DNA of 64,000 nt, taken from Tubulanus polymorphus (lineage: Eukaryota; Animalia; Nemertea). This document shows, in pieces, positions 31,214 to 46,200 of this stretch (position 1 is its first letter; the number at the start of each line of letters is the position of its first letter). The notes under the pieces are model-generated. The model did not search any database, was not told where the DNA came from, and saw nothing but the letters and a program-made list of their open reading frames with translations. The stretch covers positions 1,488,001 to 1,552,000 of the forward strand of contig NC_134025.1 of assembly GCF_964204645.1 (NCBI RefSeq), read 5' to 3'. The position numbers and the translations under genes were made by a program.

Positions 31214-34200
31214 ATGGTTTTAAGTATTCTCCATGTTCAAACTCATCAGGAAACGGCCGAATTTTCATCTTTTACCAATCAAACTCAAGGTAAGATAAAG
31301 ATCTACGTAATAAACCGTCACATCACTTAAATTGAAACTAACAGAAATACAACGACTAATTGGAAATACAAATTTGTATTTCCAATTCAATTGTCTTAAG
31401 CATTTAAAGTGTTTATTTAGATAAGTTGTCAACAGGAATTTAAGTTGTCATAAATACGACGACTTGTGACTGAATGAAGTTTTTCTTGGTTGTGAATCGT
31501 ACAACGCATTTGTATTCATTAGGTTGTTAGGATGTGTGTATTCAGTGCGAAAGCAATAAATTTTTATTATTGACAGGTTTTAGGTTTTATTGTTACGGTA
31601 AAAACTAGACCACTGAGAGATGACTAAGTACAGAATCGCGTGTTGAAATATGTAGCTTTTGTCCGTAGAGAATGACGCCCTAGCAGGCAGCCGCGCAACC
31701 CTCGTGTCTCTCTGTCTGTCCTACATCGTCAAAACGCTTTTGTATCTATTTTTGCGTGTAGGTTAAGTTAAAGTGTGATGTTCTAGGTGGCGGATGAAGC
31801 TAGAAAGATTGGTTTTAGATGATAGTTTTTCGTATTACAGGAGTTAACAGGAATCAAAAAATGATAATCTATTGATTATTAATCAATTAACAGCAGGTAT
31901 GTATCAGATATCTAATTCCACCGCCGTGATTTCGGTTCGGCAAATGTTAGTTTCCTTCATTCGACCTGAGCATCAACTCAATACTGTGAGAGATGAGTTC
32001 TCTCATCAGATAAATCTAGAAACTATTGATTGTAGATTTGAATGTATTTTCTTTCAAAATGTCATCTAAATATTTTGAGAGGTAGGTCATGTTATATAAT
32101 AGGCTTGAGGGAAAATGTTTTCGTGTAGTCACGCTAGGTCAAATCATTCTTATTCTAAAAGTCACAATTTTTATTTCCAATTCAATTTACTAAATATAAG
32201 TCACAATTTGGATAATTCATCAACATAATAATCATTCCAAACTATGATGAATTTGACGACTGTAATTACCTCGTCCACTGCGAGTGGAGTTGACTGTGTA
32301 CATGTATAATCGATAGACATACATGACTTCATCACTAGATGTCGGTAACATCAGTTTCTATTCAGTCATCGATGAAGCTTACACGAGCACCAACATCATG
32401 GATTTATTCCACTGGATTATCTTTTATTATGTGGGATTAACATAAAGTAAATTAACAGCGAAAAAATGGCCGTGTCCTGTGAGTATTTTATAATGATTCG
32501 TGTGGCAGCTTGAACTGAATTGAAAAACTTTTACTCAATGTTTCGTAGATACAGAGTTTTGGAGCATTTCATTTAAATGAATTTGATTTAATTCGAGCCG
32601 TTGAAATCGTAAGAAACAATAAAACAGGGATAGATGTTTGTTAGTATGTATCGGTATATCTATTTCAATTCTCTGGCCTAGATTTAGATACATCACTTCC
32701 GATATAGGCCAATTATTTTTGTACTACTGAGGCTGTTGAGAGTACAACATACACATCGATATCAAATAGTGTTTTAATGCATGAATTAAAGGCTTTTTTA
32801 CTTGTTCAAATATATGGAAAACATGTTGAATACTTGGTGATTTCAAACTGATATTCAGTATTTTGTTAGTATTTTGTCCTGAGAAATACTGATTTCATTT
32901 GTTGTGAAATATGTTACTGAGGAACTTACCATTGATTGCTGGTGAATTTGAACAGAAATGTGAAAGGTATTACTGAGGGCCTTACCACCCTTAATTATTG
33001 ATTAATCCGGACATTTTCTTCGATATTTCAATAAAGTTTTCCTAAAAAAATCAACTTGTTACTGATAGCACGTTTCAGAGTTTGGCAGGCCCGGAAATGT
33101 TAATATTTGCCTCATCGAACTGAACTAGTGTTCACCGCGAAAAAACGAATTTGCGGATTTAATTCGAGTTGAGGGTTCTGCAGCACTACAGTGAAACCAT
33201 TTATCTCATCATCCACTTATTGCTTTATTAATGACCGTCATCAATATTCTGAGATAGTCTCGGTGTTGACAGTGTCCGGCGTGAGTTGAGTGAGTGACCT
33301 CGAACAGATCTCCTGCTCAATCAGACCATGGACTCTAGTCCATGATCAGACTTTATACCGATTATCGTTTAGATTTTCTTTCTCATCTTCAATATCAATA
33401 CCGGACCCTCCATTTTCAGTTTTTTATTGAATTCAAACTGTCAAAAGATGTTAGTCGGTGGTAAGTTATTGGTTTCCTGTCAGTCAGTGATAAGCCTTTC
33501 CCTTTTCATACACAGTGTTTGATTTATCAGTAGAGACAGCAGGTGGCTTCATTCACAGATTACACACACATAACTAATTAATGATAACCACTCTTTATAT
33601 ACATAACGACATTCTGTTTATTAAAACTCGCTCAGATATCAGTGACTGATCATAGAAAACTGTGACCAAAACCTTCATCACACTAGAATATCTTGGAGCG
33701 GAGTAGCGCGATAGTTCCAACATGAAATACATATATTTCATTCTCCGATGTTTAAGGCGGGAGGGGGGGGGTTGATGGTTTATCGGGAGTTGGTATAATA
33801 GGGCTATATCACGAAGAATCTGTAGACATTTTTCCTAAATTTTGTATATGGTAAGAATCTTCTTTTGCCAGAGATTGAGACGATGATTCAGCTGTAGCAG
33901 TGAGCCAGACAGTCACCCACACATTATGCTACTAGTATTCCCTTCATTGTTCGGCTGATATTTTCATCATGTCCTGGGTATTCAGCAGGTTTTCATGGTT
34001 TTTTTTCTGCTGGTTGTTGAGCGTCTTATCGCGTGAAGCGATGCTAGTATCATCTGACAGTGTCATTAAAACTTCTGGCTCAACCAGAAATCAGAAGTTT
34101 TATTTGATGTGACAGGTGTGTATGTTGTCTGGACAACTATTGTCTCTGCTCACAGAGTTCCTACTGTATTGAAATGCGTCTGTAGCTTGTATCAACACAA

Positions 34201-37200
34201 ATACGTGATAAACTGTAGATACTGTGAATTGATACGTGTCCAATCATTCATCGAGCTTTCATTATGATAGGAATATCATTTGCTACTTGGAGATCTGATA
34301 TTTGGAGACTACAGATCAGTAATACTCGGAGCGAATGGTTTTTAGCTCATAACCTCAAACATTTCGAACTGAGTGAACCACTATTTACTGAAATTCATTA
34401 TTCCATGAAAAATATGTTAAAAGTAAAATCCTAATTGAAAACTGAAAATTGAAATTTTTTTTGAGATGAACCTGTTTCCTAACTGCCAAAATCAAGTGGA
34501 ATTTTCCATTTTTATCTAATAATTACTGCTTGGAAACAGTTACAACACTGATCGTGGTCATTGGAAACTTTTATGAGTTTTGAATATTTTACACATCCGA
34601 TTTTTACTGTTTTTATTTCAATATTTCAGTATTCTATCGATGGCACTTAATTATTTAAAAAAAAAAATGATTTGAATCGAATGTTCGAACTGGAAGTAGA
34701 AACCCATTTAAACCAAGGAGTAACGATTGAATCGAAACATCAATACACTCTTAGTTTTTCTTCAAAATTGTAGGTTTTTCATCGACTGAATTGTAGACAG
34801 TCTGTGTGGAAACCAATGTTCTTACTTCATCTTTTCATAAAATTCATTTTTTAAAAACGTTTTTTTTTTTTTGTGTACGTAGGATTGTGTGGGTTGGTGG
34901 GTACGTGTTGGGTAACTGTATTCAGTAACCGTTGTCTGTAAGACTCTTGAATGCGTTGCGAGCACCTCTTCACTGATTTAATTAAATCTATCATATAACT
35001 GTACTCTATACTATACAATACACTGTATTCAGCAAGAACACAATCGGAATGACACCTAAACCAACTAAGGTTAGTTGAAAATTAATCTATTTCTTGGTGA
35101 TTTTAGTTATTAATTTTTCAGCAAAAAATGATATTTGAAAACACATTTTTTATGACGACAGTTCAACTACAATCTATACGACAGTTTTTTTTACAATACA
35201 ATCCAAACAATATGATAGTTTTTCAACGGTACGACAATCTAAACAATACATTTTTTGATAGGACCATTTCCTCGTTATGACAATTTTTGACAGGAAAATC
35301 GATTTTGAAGACGCCTATTTTCTTGGCTAGTGTCTATACTTGTTGTAGCATATATGATGAATATAGTACTAATTTTCAATGAGCTCTGATTACCCCACTG
35401 ATTACCTCACTGATTACGAGTAGGTTTTCTCTTAATGGTTATCGATTCCAGCACCTCATTGATAATTGTATCAATCAGTATTTCCTCACTTACCAGTGGT
35501 GCTCTCCCAGAGATAATTATTTTCATTGGAATTATTGGATATTTTTTATGCATTATTAATCCGATTTTCTGATTTAACATTTCAACGAAACAATTTCTTT
35601 GTGGATATTTGATTATGATCTGATCGTATTCAATTATGATTTTCCCGCCCTGCAGCGCTTATAAACATTATTTAAACAGCCCCTAGTGAACAGTAGCGAA
35701 CAGCAGCGAACAGTCAGTATGTGATAGGATTAGGTGTGACAAATAACTAGATTAGATTAAAGCTTTCTGCAGAGTCTGTGAGGCATCTAAATGGCAGTAC
35801 TGGATTTACAGTATTTCGCTCATGTTCCGAACTGCCTTTCGTTCTTTTCTGAAACAGCAATAGAACGTCGTTTTACCACGAACTCCTGGCTCAAATACCG
35901 TTCCGTTTGTTCTATCATGTAATCATGTGTAATGTTCTCCAAGGGATGAAAATTCTAGGTTTGTAATAACTGATAAATCGTTATACCGAGGTTCGACTGT
36001 AATTCTTTTTTATCTTTCCTCTTTCCCCCTCCTCGCTTTCTCTCCTATCTTTGCTTTCTCTCTTCTCGCTCTCTTCCTTGCCGCGTCTCTGCGCTCTCTC
36101 TTTTATACTCTGTGCTCTCTTTCCTAGCTCTCTCCTCTCTCAACCTCTCCGTCCTCTCTCCCTCCTCTCGTTCTGCATAAAACTGCAATTTCGCTTCTTG
36201 TAATCTATTTTCATTGTTTATATATTACAGCTATGTCCGAGGATAACGTGATAATAGCGGGTGTAGTGAGTGGTATAGGAGGAACGGTGGTCACCGTGTT
36301 CGTCGTTATACTCTGCTGGTGGTGCTATAAGAAACGTAAAGAACAGGAAGAGAACGGAGAAACGGATGTCGAAGGCGGCGGGAAATATCAAACATTCTCA
36401 TCGTCGTCGTACGAACCGATTCCGTCGAAAGACGTCGCTTCGAAACAAGCGACCGAGGACGTGAAAGAGTTAACGAAACATCCGTGGACCGATCGATTGG
36501 ATAAACGAAAAAAATCACCGATGCTCCCGAGAGGAACGATCAAGTAAGTGAACATCACCTTTCATCTTATTCTCAGTTACAGCAGTACCGGTACCGTGTG
36601 TACGGTTCTCTGTACGGTTCACTGTTAGGTTAGACTCGTAATGAAAATAGCAGCAAGTTTTTGCTTTGACACATGAATATTTCTGGACCCTGCACCACCC
36701 TTCCAGATTTGGCTCTACACCAACCGTCCAGCAGGGTGGCCACTTAACCTGCAAATCAGAGAAAAGTTTTTTTTTTTTTTTAAAGGTGGGAATTTGGTAA
36801 AAAAGCTATTCAAATCAGGGAAATTTGTTGAGATAGCAGTTTCCGTCTATGTCTGTGTAAATTGATTGGATTCTTAGCACATCATGTCAGGGAAAACAAC
36901 GTGCATGACAGGCAATAGTCCAGGGAAAAGCAACTCAAATAAAAGTGGCCACCCTGTCCAGGTCTAGACCCTGCAATTTCTCATTTCAGGCGATTATTGC
37001 TTATATTAATTAGATATTAATAATTCTTTACAGAGTTCTTTTCAGACGTTCATAATTAGTTTTCATCGGATTTCAATCTTTGTTTTGGTATTTTGATCAG
37101 TTATTTATGGAGGGGGTTGTATGAGTGATGACCGGTACGTTTGATTGATGTCAGGAATAACTGTGTTATTTTATGTGAAACGGGTTGTGATTATGAATCA

Positions 37201-40200
37201 GTGAAATCTCTCTCTTTCTCTCTTTCTCTCGATGAAGAATTGATATTTACCACGCTACCGCTGCTGTAGCCACTGTTGATAATTATTTCTATTGTATTAT
37301 ATTAATGGAACTGTATGGGGAAAATAGAAATGTTTGCGTGAAGATCGGGGTGGGGTGCGAGACGATCTCGATACAATACATTACAATACATTACAATACA
37401 TTACAATACAATGACCTTTAGATATAGAATATTATCAACATTGCAAAACGTGTTATAAAGTACTTGATTCGTGATGACATGAGGACTATTTTGGCCAGAT
37501 TACACCTTGGCCAATCGTTCACAATGGTGCCAAATAGGTCCGCGACTGTTGAATCCGACCAGAAACATTGGACCGGGTCCTTGTTAATTTTCAGCACATT
37601 TTGAATTATGAACTGTGGGCCAGTTTGACTCGGACCAAATCAGATCGATGCTTATGCAGCGAGGCCCGTAAGCTGTGCAAGGATGGGATGAGCTACAAAG
37701 TGAAACAAAATATTTTAAAGAAAACCAGAGACAATAAAAGTAAATGAACAGCAATTGACAATGATAACCACTAGACGGTCATACCCACAATGAAAATAGA
37801 AAGATTTGAGATATCGAAACATTTATCAAAAACTCCTATGACAGCGACAGTGACAGTGTCAGGAGTTTTTGATAGATTTTCCAATGTAAAAGTCTTTGTT
37901 TTTTCACTGCTGATTCATTGATACTCTAGCGATAAACGATATACAAACACGACGACCGGAATGTCAACCTATAAAGTAATAGCGAGCAGTTGTAGCAGAA
38001 TTAGCAACACGGTTATTACTGTCACTGACCATCATAGATCAAAGCGTATGTTTGAAGGTCACGCGCACCGTTTTTGCCCATTTGTACCTGAGTTAATCTC
38101 GTATTCACTGCAGCTTTCGTTCTCCCTGAAGAATGCTAGATTTAATAAAGAGACGCTGTTCGTTTCCCTGCTGTATTCCTAACTTCTACATCTATCTACC
38201 GCGTGTCATCGCTTTACCATAAACGGTTTACCTGTAGTTCCTGAAAGAAAACAACTTCACTTGGAAGGTAAACGAGAAAAAATGCCACTGGAAAAAATTC
38301 CATGGGAAAAAATGCCACTGGCCAAACAGAAAGTAATTTTGATACATAAATTCAAGTAGTTACATAATTCGCTTATTTCAGGGTCCATTATGTATAGTGG
38401 CGATAACTGACCATTGGACTGAGTGTCAAGATGTACTGTATACATGAAGTCCAGTTCTGTCTCCAATATCACTCTCGCTGTAATGGAGAGAATCATTGTT
38501 GGTGGATTTTTTCCTCTACTGTATAACCTACCCACTTGCTCCTATGTGCTCATGCTCTTTTCACTTTCTCGGGGAGAATTAGTCTCGAAAATTATCGTCA
38601 AAGTTATAGATTTAATCTTTCCCTCTAGCAAAGAATTTTATTCATTTTTACGAATCTATAATATCCAGGCTTGCGATGATGATATAAACACGACTGCTGC
38701 ATAATCACACAGGTCAAACCGGGCCGGACTAAACCTGAATCAAATTTGGCCATTCTCTATGATAATAAGAGAGCGCGTTCACATATAAATCACTCACTTG
38801 ATACTAAACTGGTTATTAAAACGATGCTGTGGCGAGTGAGATTAAAACCAACGTGTTTGGTGTTTGTCGAACATTCGGCACCAGCAGGTCGAGCCGGGTA
38901 TAAAACGGTCGCGTGATCGCGGCTAATGGTAGCGTTATTAATCTAAAATATGGCGACACATGAGACACGATGAAATATATATGTAATATAAGACAGTGGT
39001 ATGGAATTAAATTGCCTCGGGGGTAAAGATGATCAATCTGTTACTATTGATATTAGACCGTCTGAATTTCATGCAGAATTTCACGATAGATAGAAATTGA
39101 TTTCACTTGGAATCAGTCACACGGTGCGTTTCGGTCTTATTAGCTTAATTAATTGCTCAGAACTGTAAAAGCCTTTAGAGAATTGGAATTTACTCAGTAT
39201 TTTTGCCCGACTGATGAAATTAATGCATTCAACTGAAACAAAACATAAAATGCAATGAAATTCTAAAACGCGATGAAACACTAGATCAATCTGTATTTCG
39301 ATCTAATCCAGATATTTATCAACCGTTCACCTGTACAATGCTATCTACTGTTAAAATTAAATGTATGAATGTTCTGTGCAAAACAGGTTTTTGTGGAACA
39401 ATAAAAATGAAATGAAATGTGCATTAATATATGTTGAATATAAGTGTTTAATCTGGATTTCTCATAAACCGGATTAATCTTATCAGTTTTCACTGATGCG
39501 GTTGATTTCATGATCAGTTCCAGAGCCAGTGCCAGACATACTGCGTCTAAACCCAGGATGATCAATCTCCTCCTCAAGAGACACACCGCTCAGTGCCCCT
39601 AGAACAATACTTCGAGAAAATATTTTGTAAACGTAATTCTTTACTATTACTTAACTTTGTGTTACAATCTCCCAAAAAAAAGTAGATATTTGCAAGGAGG
39701 ATGCTTCTCCACGTGAGTCCTAATTTACAAAATATTCCGATCGAGGACCCCTCTCCAGTGAGGTCTCGAGGATTATGAACAAAATTTCAATCTAACACTG
39801 CTCGGTAACGCAGACTGGATTGGCCCCTCAAACCTTTTCATGTTCGTATAATGACCCGCTAAAAATAACGGTATTTTAATAAATCTATTATTACGACTAT
39901 CACCAATGCTTGAATGCCACACCCATAGAAGCTTCAGGCACCGATTTCAAAATCAATCTTCGAACGAACGGCAAAAATAAAAATTACTTGCAATTCATAC
40001 ATTTACACTGAAAATACCGAATATACTGTACTTCCTCAATTTTCACCTCGAAATTTGATATTTATATTGAATATGTAAGAATATGAACTTCTAATTTGCG
40101 TTTTGTATTTCTTGATTTTCAGCCAAAACCCGCGGGGTTAAAATGATAAACGTTCATTTACCCGTAATATAGATTACATGGCCTGGTTTTATAACATATT

Positions 40201-43200
40201 ATACAGTGTCAGAACCAGACCTATGAGAAATCTTGCTCAGACTCAGTTGGCCCTGAATAACTCATCCTCGCTTGCCAGGGGTCCGGTATCACTCCCGAAC
40301 TCGCTTCCACCAGCCCCCTGGCCTCACGAAGCGTGATTTCATTACTGGCGCTGTTGCGCATGACGTCATATATCGATTTGCGAAATACTTCCTTGTTCAG
40401 TAAAACGTTCGCTGGTTGGTCCATTTAACGGGAAAACCAATAGAAGCCTAAAGTCGTTTGTTACAAGCGCTGTTATTGGTACGACCGGATTCTGGTCGGC
40501 TAGTAACGACTCCAACGACTCGTGAGGTCAAGGGGATCGGCGAACAGCTTTAGCGTAGTGGGTTCGAATCCCTTGACGGGTGAAGATGTGAATAACTGTA
40601 TTCTCCAGACATTTGGGTCTCGATATGGTCTTGATTTTCTAGTAATCTTAAGGAAGCTACAGTCTGCACAACCATTGATCCTGTGATACTCTCTCTCATA
40701 CTATACGGAATTTCAAGATCTATTGCCCTTGTGACAACATAGATCTAGCCCTATATGAATCCTATCAGTAATTGACTAGTTCTGTGCGACTGGTCTCATT
40801 ACCGTCAAATATCAGAATATCGTTGACATTTTTTTGCACGCGAATAAAAGTATCAGATATCAGTTAATTGGAACCGTGTCACTGAACGGAGTACAGCGAA
40901 ACTTTCAATTATAGAAAAATATATATATTCAGCTGACGCTGATTGTAAAGTTTACTCAGCTAAGTTTCATGATTGATTTCTCATTAGTTTTAAACTACTG
41001 CCGCTAGAATCGAAGTGCTCTGAAACTAATTCAATTCAATGTCCGTAAAGCAATACAGTTTACAAGTTGGGTCTTACAAAAAAGATGACAAGGATGAGAA
41101 AAAGAGTAGAATACAAAATTCAGAAAATTGTTATAAAAAGTGAACATAAAATGTAAATGAACGTTAGAGGTAGACTCTTGAGATATATGCTGAAAGTTTC
41201 TAAGTGCTTTAGTTAGTTTAGGAGAGCATATTGAATTTGTCGACAATGGTCTCATTTTGAAGGAAGGGAACAGCATGTTTTAAACTTGATTTCTATGGGG
41301 TAGGTCTGTTTGAGAGCTACTTAGGGTTAAGAGTTCAAATCAATATTAATATTCATCGTGATACGTATATGACTGTAGGCTGTAGGGCAATTTAAATTGC
41401 TGGAGCTGGACGGATGTAACCGTGCTGATAGCGAGCAGATATTCATTAAAATCTCGCAGATTCTACTAATCAGCTAGAATAATATGTAACTTGACGAATG
41501 AATGCAGTGCACTGTACTGTACACTCACTGGGGTTACTATATACTGACCACATTATTAACTGAATTAATTCTGTTTACGTCATTTGATAAGATACTGTAA
41601 ATCAGATGTGGTTTTATTAGTTTCTTCCGTATCAGTTTTAAATTTCAAATCATTGTTTTGTCAACCGTGGCTGATCCACTACTGTTTACTGATTTTAAGT
41701 ATTTATTGATAATAATGATGATTTTTAACTAACTGAAAGCTGCTAGACTGTGTCAGTGTAAGAGAGACTGAATAGAAAATAGAAAAATTCCGCTTTTTTG
41801 CTGGAAAGCTGCCGTTGGTTGATTACGAGTCAACCCTGGATCCACCTCTGCATAGTTCAACGAATTGTTACTGAAAAATCTCACTTTGTTACCGACACTA
41901 ATAACACTAAAATGGGGGTAAACTGAGAGGGCGGTAGAATGTGGACATCGACCTAAAAACTTACATTTTTTCTGACTATGATCATTAGCTGACATTCGAG
42001 AAGTGAATAGCGTTTTCAGGAATTCCAGGCACCTGATAAGAAGATCAAAGAGATCTTATAGACTAATCTTAGAATCCAGGGAATCTTCAGTCTGAGAGGT
42101 GCTGGTGATATGTTAATAGAACTCGAGATGGACATGTTTGATAGTTTCAGCAGAAATATGAGTGTTTACTAATTTTCCGTCATTTAAAACATGATCAAAT
42201 GATCTATCATCAATGAATCGAGCTTCTGGCTGAATTCATATTCAAAGTTGTTATTTTTACATATTTACATAGTTGTTCATGCTGTAGGCATTGCTTTGTG
42301 AACTCTGTAACACAGACCAATAATTCCATTCCTGTTTATAATATTTCCCTGTTTACAGTGTTGACAGTTTATTTGTGATTTAAATATTTCGAAAAATTGA
42401 TTGGAATTGATCGGCCATCAGTCTAGCTCAAATTTTGATGGCTAGTGCAAATCCACTCAAACAGCACTACCCCTATAAATGTATAGAAATATAACTTTTG
42501 TAACGGCTTCTACTGTGCCAAAAATACATTTTAAATGTCAATGTAAATAAAAATTTTTTATGTAAATAATTGCTGCTGATTGCAGAAGTAATAACAATAA
42601 TTTACGATGAACATTTTTATGTGGCGTCAATTCTGCAGATTCATCACGTATAGCTGTAATGTTTCTATGACATTTATATTCAAAATACTGTAAAATTCGA
42701 AGCGAACAGATGAGTGAAGTTTATTCACTCAGTTCATGTAGACGACGCCTAGAGACTGAGCTATAAACGTGCAGCTTTAGAATATCTCCCTCGAAGGATT
42801 TCTGTTCCCTGAATTATAGTATGTAGCTGTTAATACATCGGGTCATTTCTAACTGTAACTTCTTAATAGTTCCTTATAGTACAATTTACAGTCAAATCAC
42901 ACATAGCGATGTAGTTCCCTAGTTAATCATTCTCAATATGACCTGAATATCCGATATCTCACTCTCACTACTAGACGCTCGACGAAGCTGTTTTTATTTT
43001 TGCCGTTTTTAATTAGATTATCGATTCAGTTTCGACTGCTCCTCGCACCTGCTCTGTGTTATTTCGGCACGAATTTTAATTTGATTTTAACGTGTTTTTT
43101 CAGCTCCTCAGATGCAGATCTTGCCGATAATTGTGGACTGTTAAAACAGTCGCAAGATGCGATTAGGTAAAACTATCAGATCATTGTCCTGTAATTCACA

Positions 43201-46200
43201 TTTCTTAATATTCGTTTTTTTACTATTTTTCTCTTTTACTCTCACGCAAACTTTCCTCGGGATAAAATGAAATGGAAATCTTAGAATTGATGAGAAGTAT
43301 CTTGTTTATTTTCTAACAGTTTTGTGCGATAATAGATAATGACATTTGAATTAACTATTGCATAAATATAGAACCAAGAACAGGAACAGGAACTTGGATA
43401 TATTTCAATGATACAGAAATTAAGAATTTGTTACAAAATAAACAAGATACGTATTTTATCAATTGTGGTATTTTTATTTTATCTACGAACTGTTATTTTT
43501 TTCACAGTGTACGGTATATAAAAATGATGATAAAGACCACATTTAACCGATACCTTTACATCCATTCCAGTTATCAACGGTCATCTACATTACCTAAACA
43601 CAGTATTTCTCACCACAATCTCGAAAACAAATTTTTAATAAACCTTCGACTTCATCGAGTTGAGAAGAAAATGTGTCAAATTGTCACCGTTTTCTAAACT
43701 CACTTTCATACAAACATGTCATCATCACAGGTGAAGCCATTTCATACCTTCAAATATTCAATGTATTTAATGTTGTTGAATTTTTTCAATTTGGTCTTAT
43801 GAAGTTTTTGATAAGATATTTTATTGCAATCTGTATCATGTTGAGTCTATTCAACCGATATCTATTTATCGTGGTATCAATGTTCGTATTTCCTCATATA
43901 AGTTGACATGCTTTTCTTGACGTTGTAAGGAATGTCGTCTCCGGGCAATTGTAACTTTAATCAATACAGTATAAAACCCACAATATTGAAAATCTGTTGC
44001 TTCTACCCAATTTCAGAGATTTGTTTGAAAATGTAATATACACGTTCTAAAAAAGGCGAAATGATATTTTTCGAGGCGTGTATAAATATCACATTATGAC
44101 ACGTAATAGAATTGATCAATGAATCGAAGATCAGCAGAATGCCTACTAAAGATATGGTATATCTTTAAAAAGATTTTAAATGTTTTAAGATGTTTGCGAT
44201 TTCAAATAAAAGAATGTCAATATGTATTCAAATGTTTTCAATTATTTGAAATATTTCACCTCAGCTGAATTCAAACGTTGTCCATCATTTTTAAACGATT
44301 TAGATAATTAATTTCAATGCAAACAGATATAAATCTGTGTTGCGATAAACTCCATTTTATTATCCAGCCTTTATTTACTTTAGACCTTCAGGATAACCAT
44401 AAGAAATTACATTTTTCATATGAATTTTTTTTTGTAAATGTCTAAATTCCGAAATTACTTATATAGATAACTCATGGTCAGATATTACTTACATAATCAG
44501 ATTTTTTCGTTAATTCTCAACATCCGTTATTGAAGTTTTCCGGTTGTACAGTGTGTCGTCGTAATTAAAGCTCTTAGGAAGCCATGTATATAAACACTCC
44601 CGCGTTGCGTCATTCAATCTATCCATCGCTTGAAGTTATTTTGTTACTAATAACTGAAGCCTACGACCCTTTAATCATCGAGTCAATCAGATACCAGTCT
44701 GTCCTGCAGGCTCATACTGGGTAAAAAATATCTCTGGTTTGAATGAATAAGTTATAAGATTAGCACCCTGGACGGATGGCAGCAATCTACAGATCCCCTA
44801 CGTATAAAAATATGGCAATTTCATTTACGGTCGGTACGGTGTATATTTCATATCGTGTAACCAGTCCCGGGGTATCCTTGCCAGTCCCGGGGTATCCCTA
44901 CCAGTCCCGGGGTATCCCTGCCAGTCCCGGGTATCCCTGCCAGTCCCGGGGTATCCCTGCCAGTCCCGGGGTATCCCTGCCAGTCCCTGGGCCACCGTCG
45001 GCTATCGGAGTTAGTCGACTATAGTCGAACTAAACGAAACCGAATGTCCGTTAGTCGAAACTATATTCCGGAAATAGTTCGAAAATCAAACGCATTCGGT
45101 TATTAGTTCCGACCACTAACCGACTAGATACGAAAACCGAATTTGGCCCTGGGTATCCCTGCCAGTTCTGGGGTATCCCTGCCCGTACCTTGGTGTCCCT
45201 GTCAGTCCCAGGGTATCCCTGCCAGTCCCTGGGTATCCCTACCAGTCCCCGGATATCCCTGTCAGTCCTGAGATATATCCCTGCCAGTCCCGGGTATCCC
45301 TGCCAGTCTCGGGGTATTCCTGCCTTCCCTGGTATATCGGGCATGATAAAAATCCATTTACTTTTTGCGAATACAGCAAATTACTGACGACGATGATTCG
45401 ATTTATGATCGCTGTATGATATTTGAATCTAATCATTCGTCGTATGTCGACGTGGAAAATATAAAAAATCTCCACCACTCGCCGCAGTAAGAATCGATCG
45501 ATATAGAAACCGGTTTACTTGATCTGAACGACGGATTCTGCTCTGATTCTTCATCTCTTTAGGATGGCAGTGTCGGTAAAGAACCTCTCATTCGCGGCGC
45601 TAACAACCTCAAAATGCTTCATTGAAAATATTTCGGTGGCACAAATTGACACTGTTATAAGATGAGTGATGGATCGGATTGAGTCTGCGGCTGTTAACAT
45701 GTCATTCTCTGTTAAGTGTCTTTAACCCTCTATCAGCTAATTCTTGAGAATTCGTCTCAAAAATATATAAATCAATGTTATGATATTGCAAGTGGTCACG
45801 AGCCTACGGTCCTTTAGCTTTTGGCGACACATTGCCAAGAAGAGAAGCAGAAATTGCATTTTTGAGTACATTCAATCCATAGGCCTTCATTGCATATTCT
45901 AAAATATTCTAAAAGCTGAAAGTTCTATGAATATTTCTTTAAAAAGTTAGACTCGTCTCATAAAATGTATGAATCAGCGATGCTGTTACGTGATGATTGT
46001 GACGATGACTTCGCGCGAAGTGACATGAAATTTAAGTGCTCGACTTTTCAAACATTGTGACCGCTTTAATGTCAGTTACACAGATTATACATTTACTGCG
46101 TGAACCTGGGAATCAGTGATATCCATTACTGTTTGATCACCAAATGGATTTTAGTCATTTATGAACCGTTTATAGATGTGTGCAAAGTGTTTCCAACATT

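Noticed and set aside
40540-40600. tRNA gene suggested by GGTTCGAATCC
   Set aside because: No acceptor or anticodon stems; better explained as a SINE head.
45563-45575. 13-nt segment with splice-like ends encoding MAVS, similar to the 32466 exon
   Set aside because: Phase does not fit exon 51054 and the similarity is too short to be meaningful.
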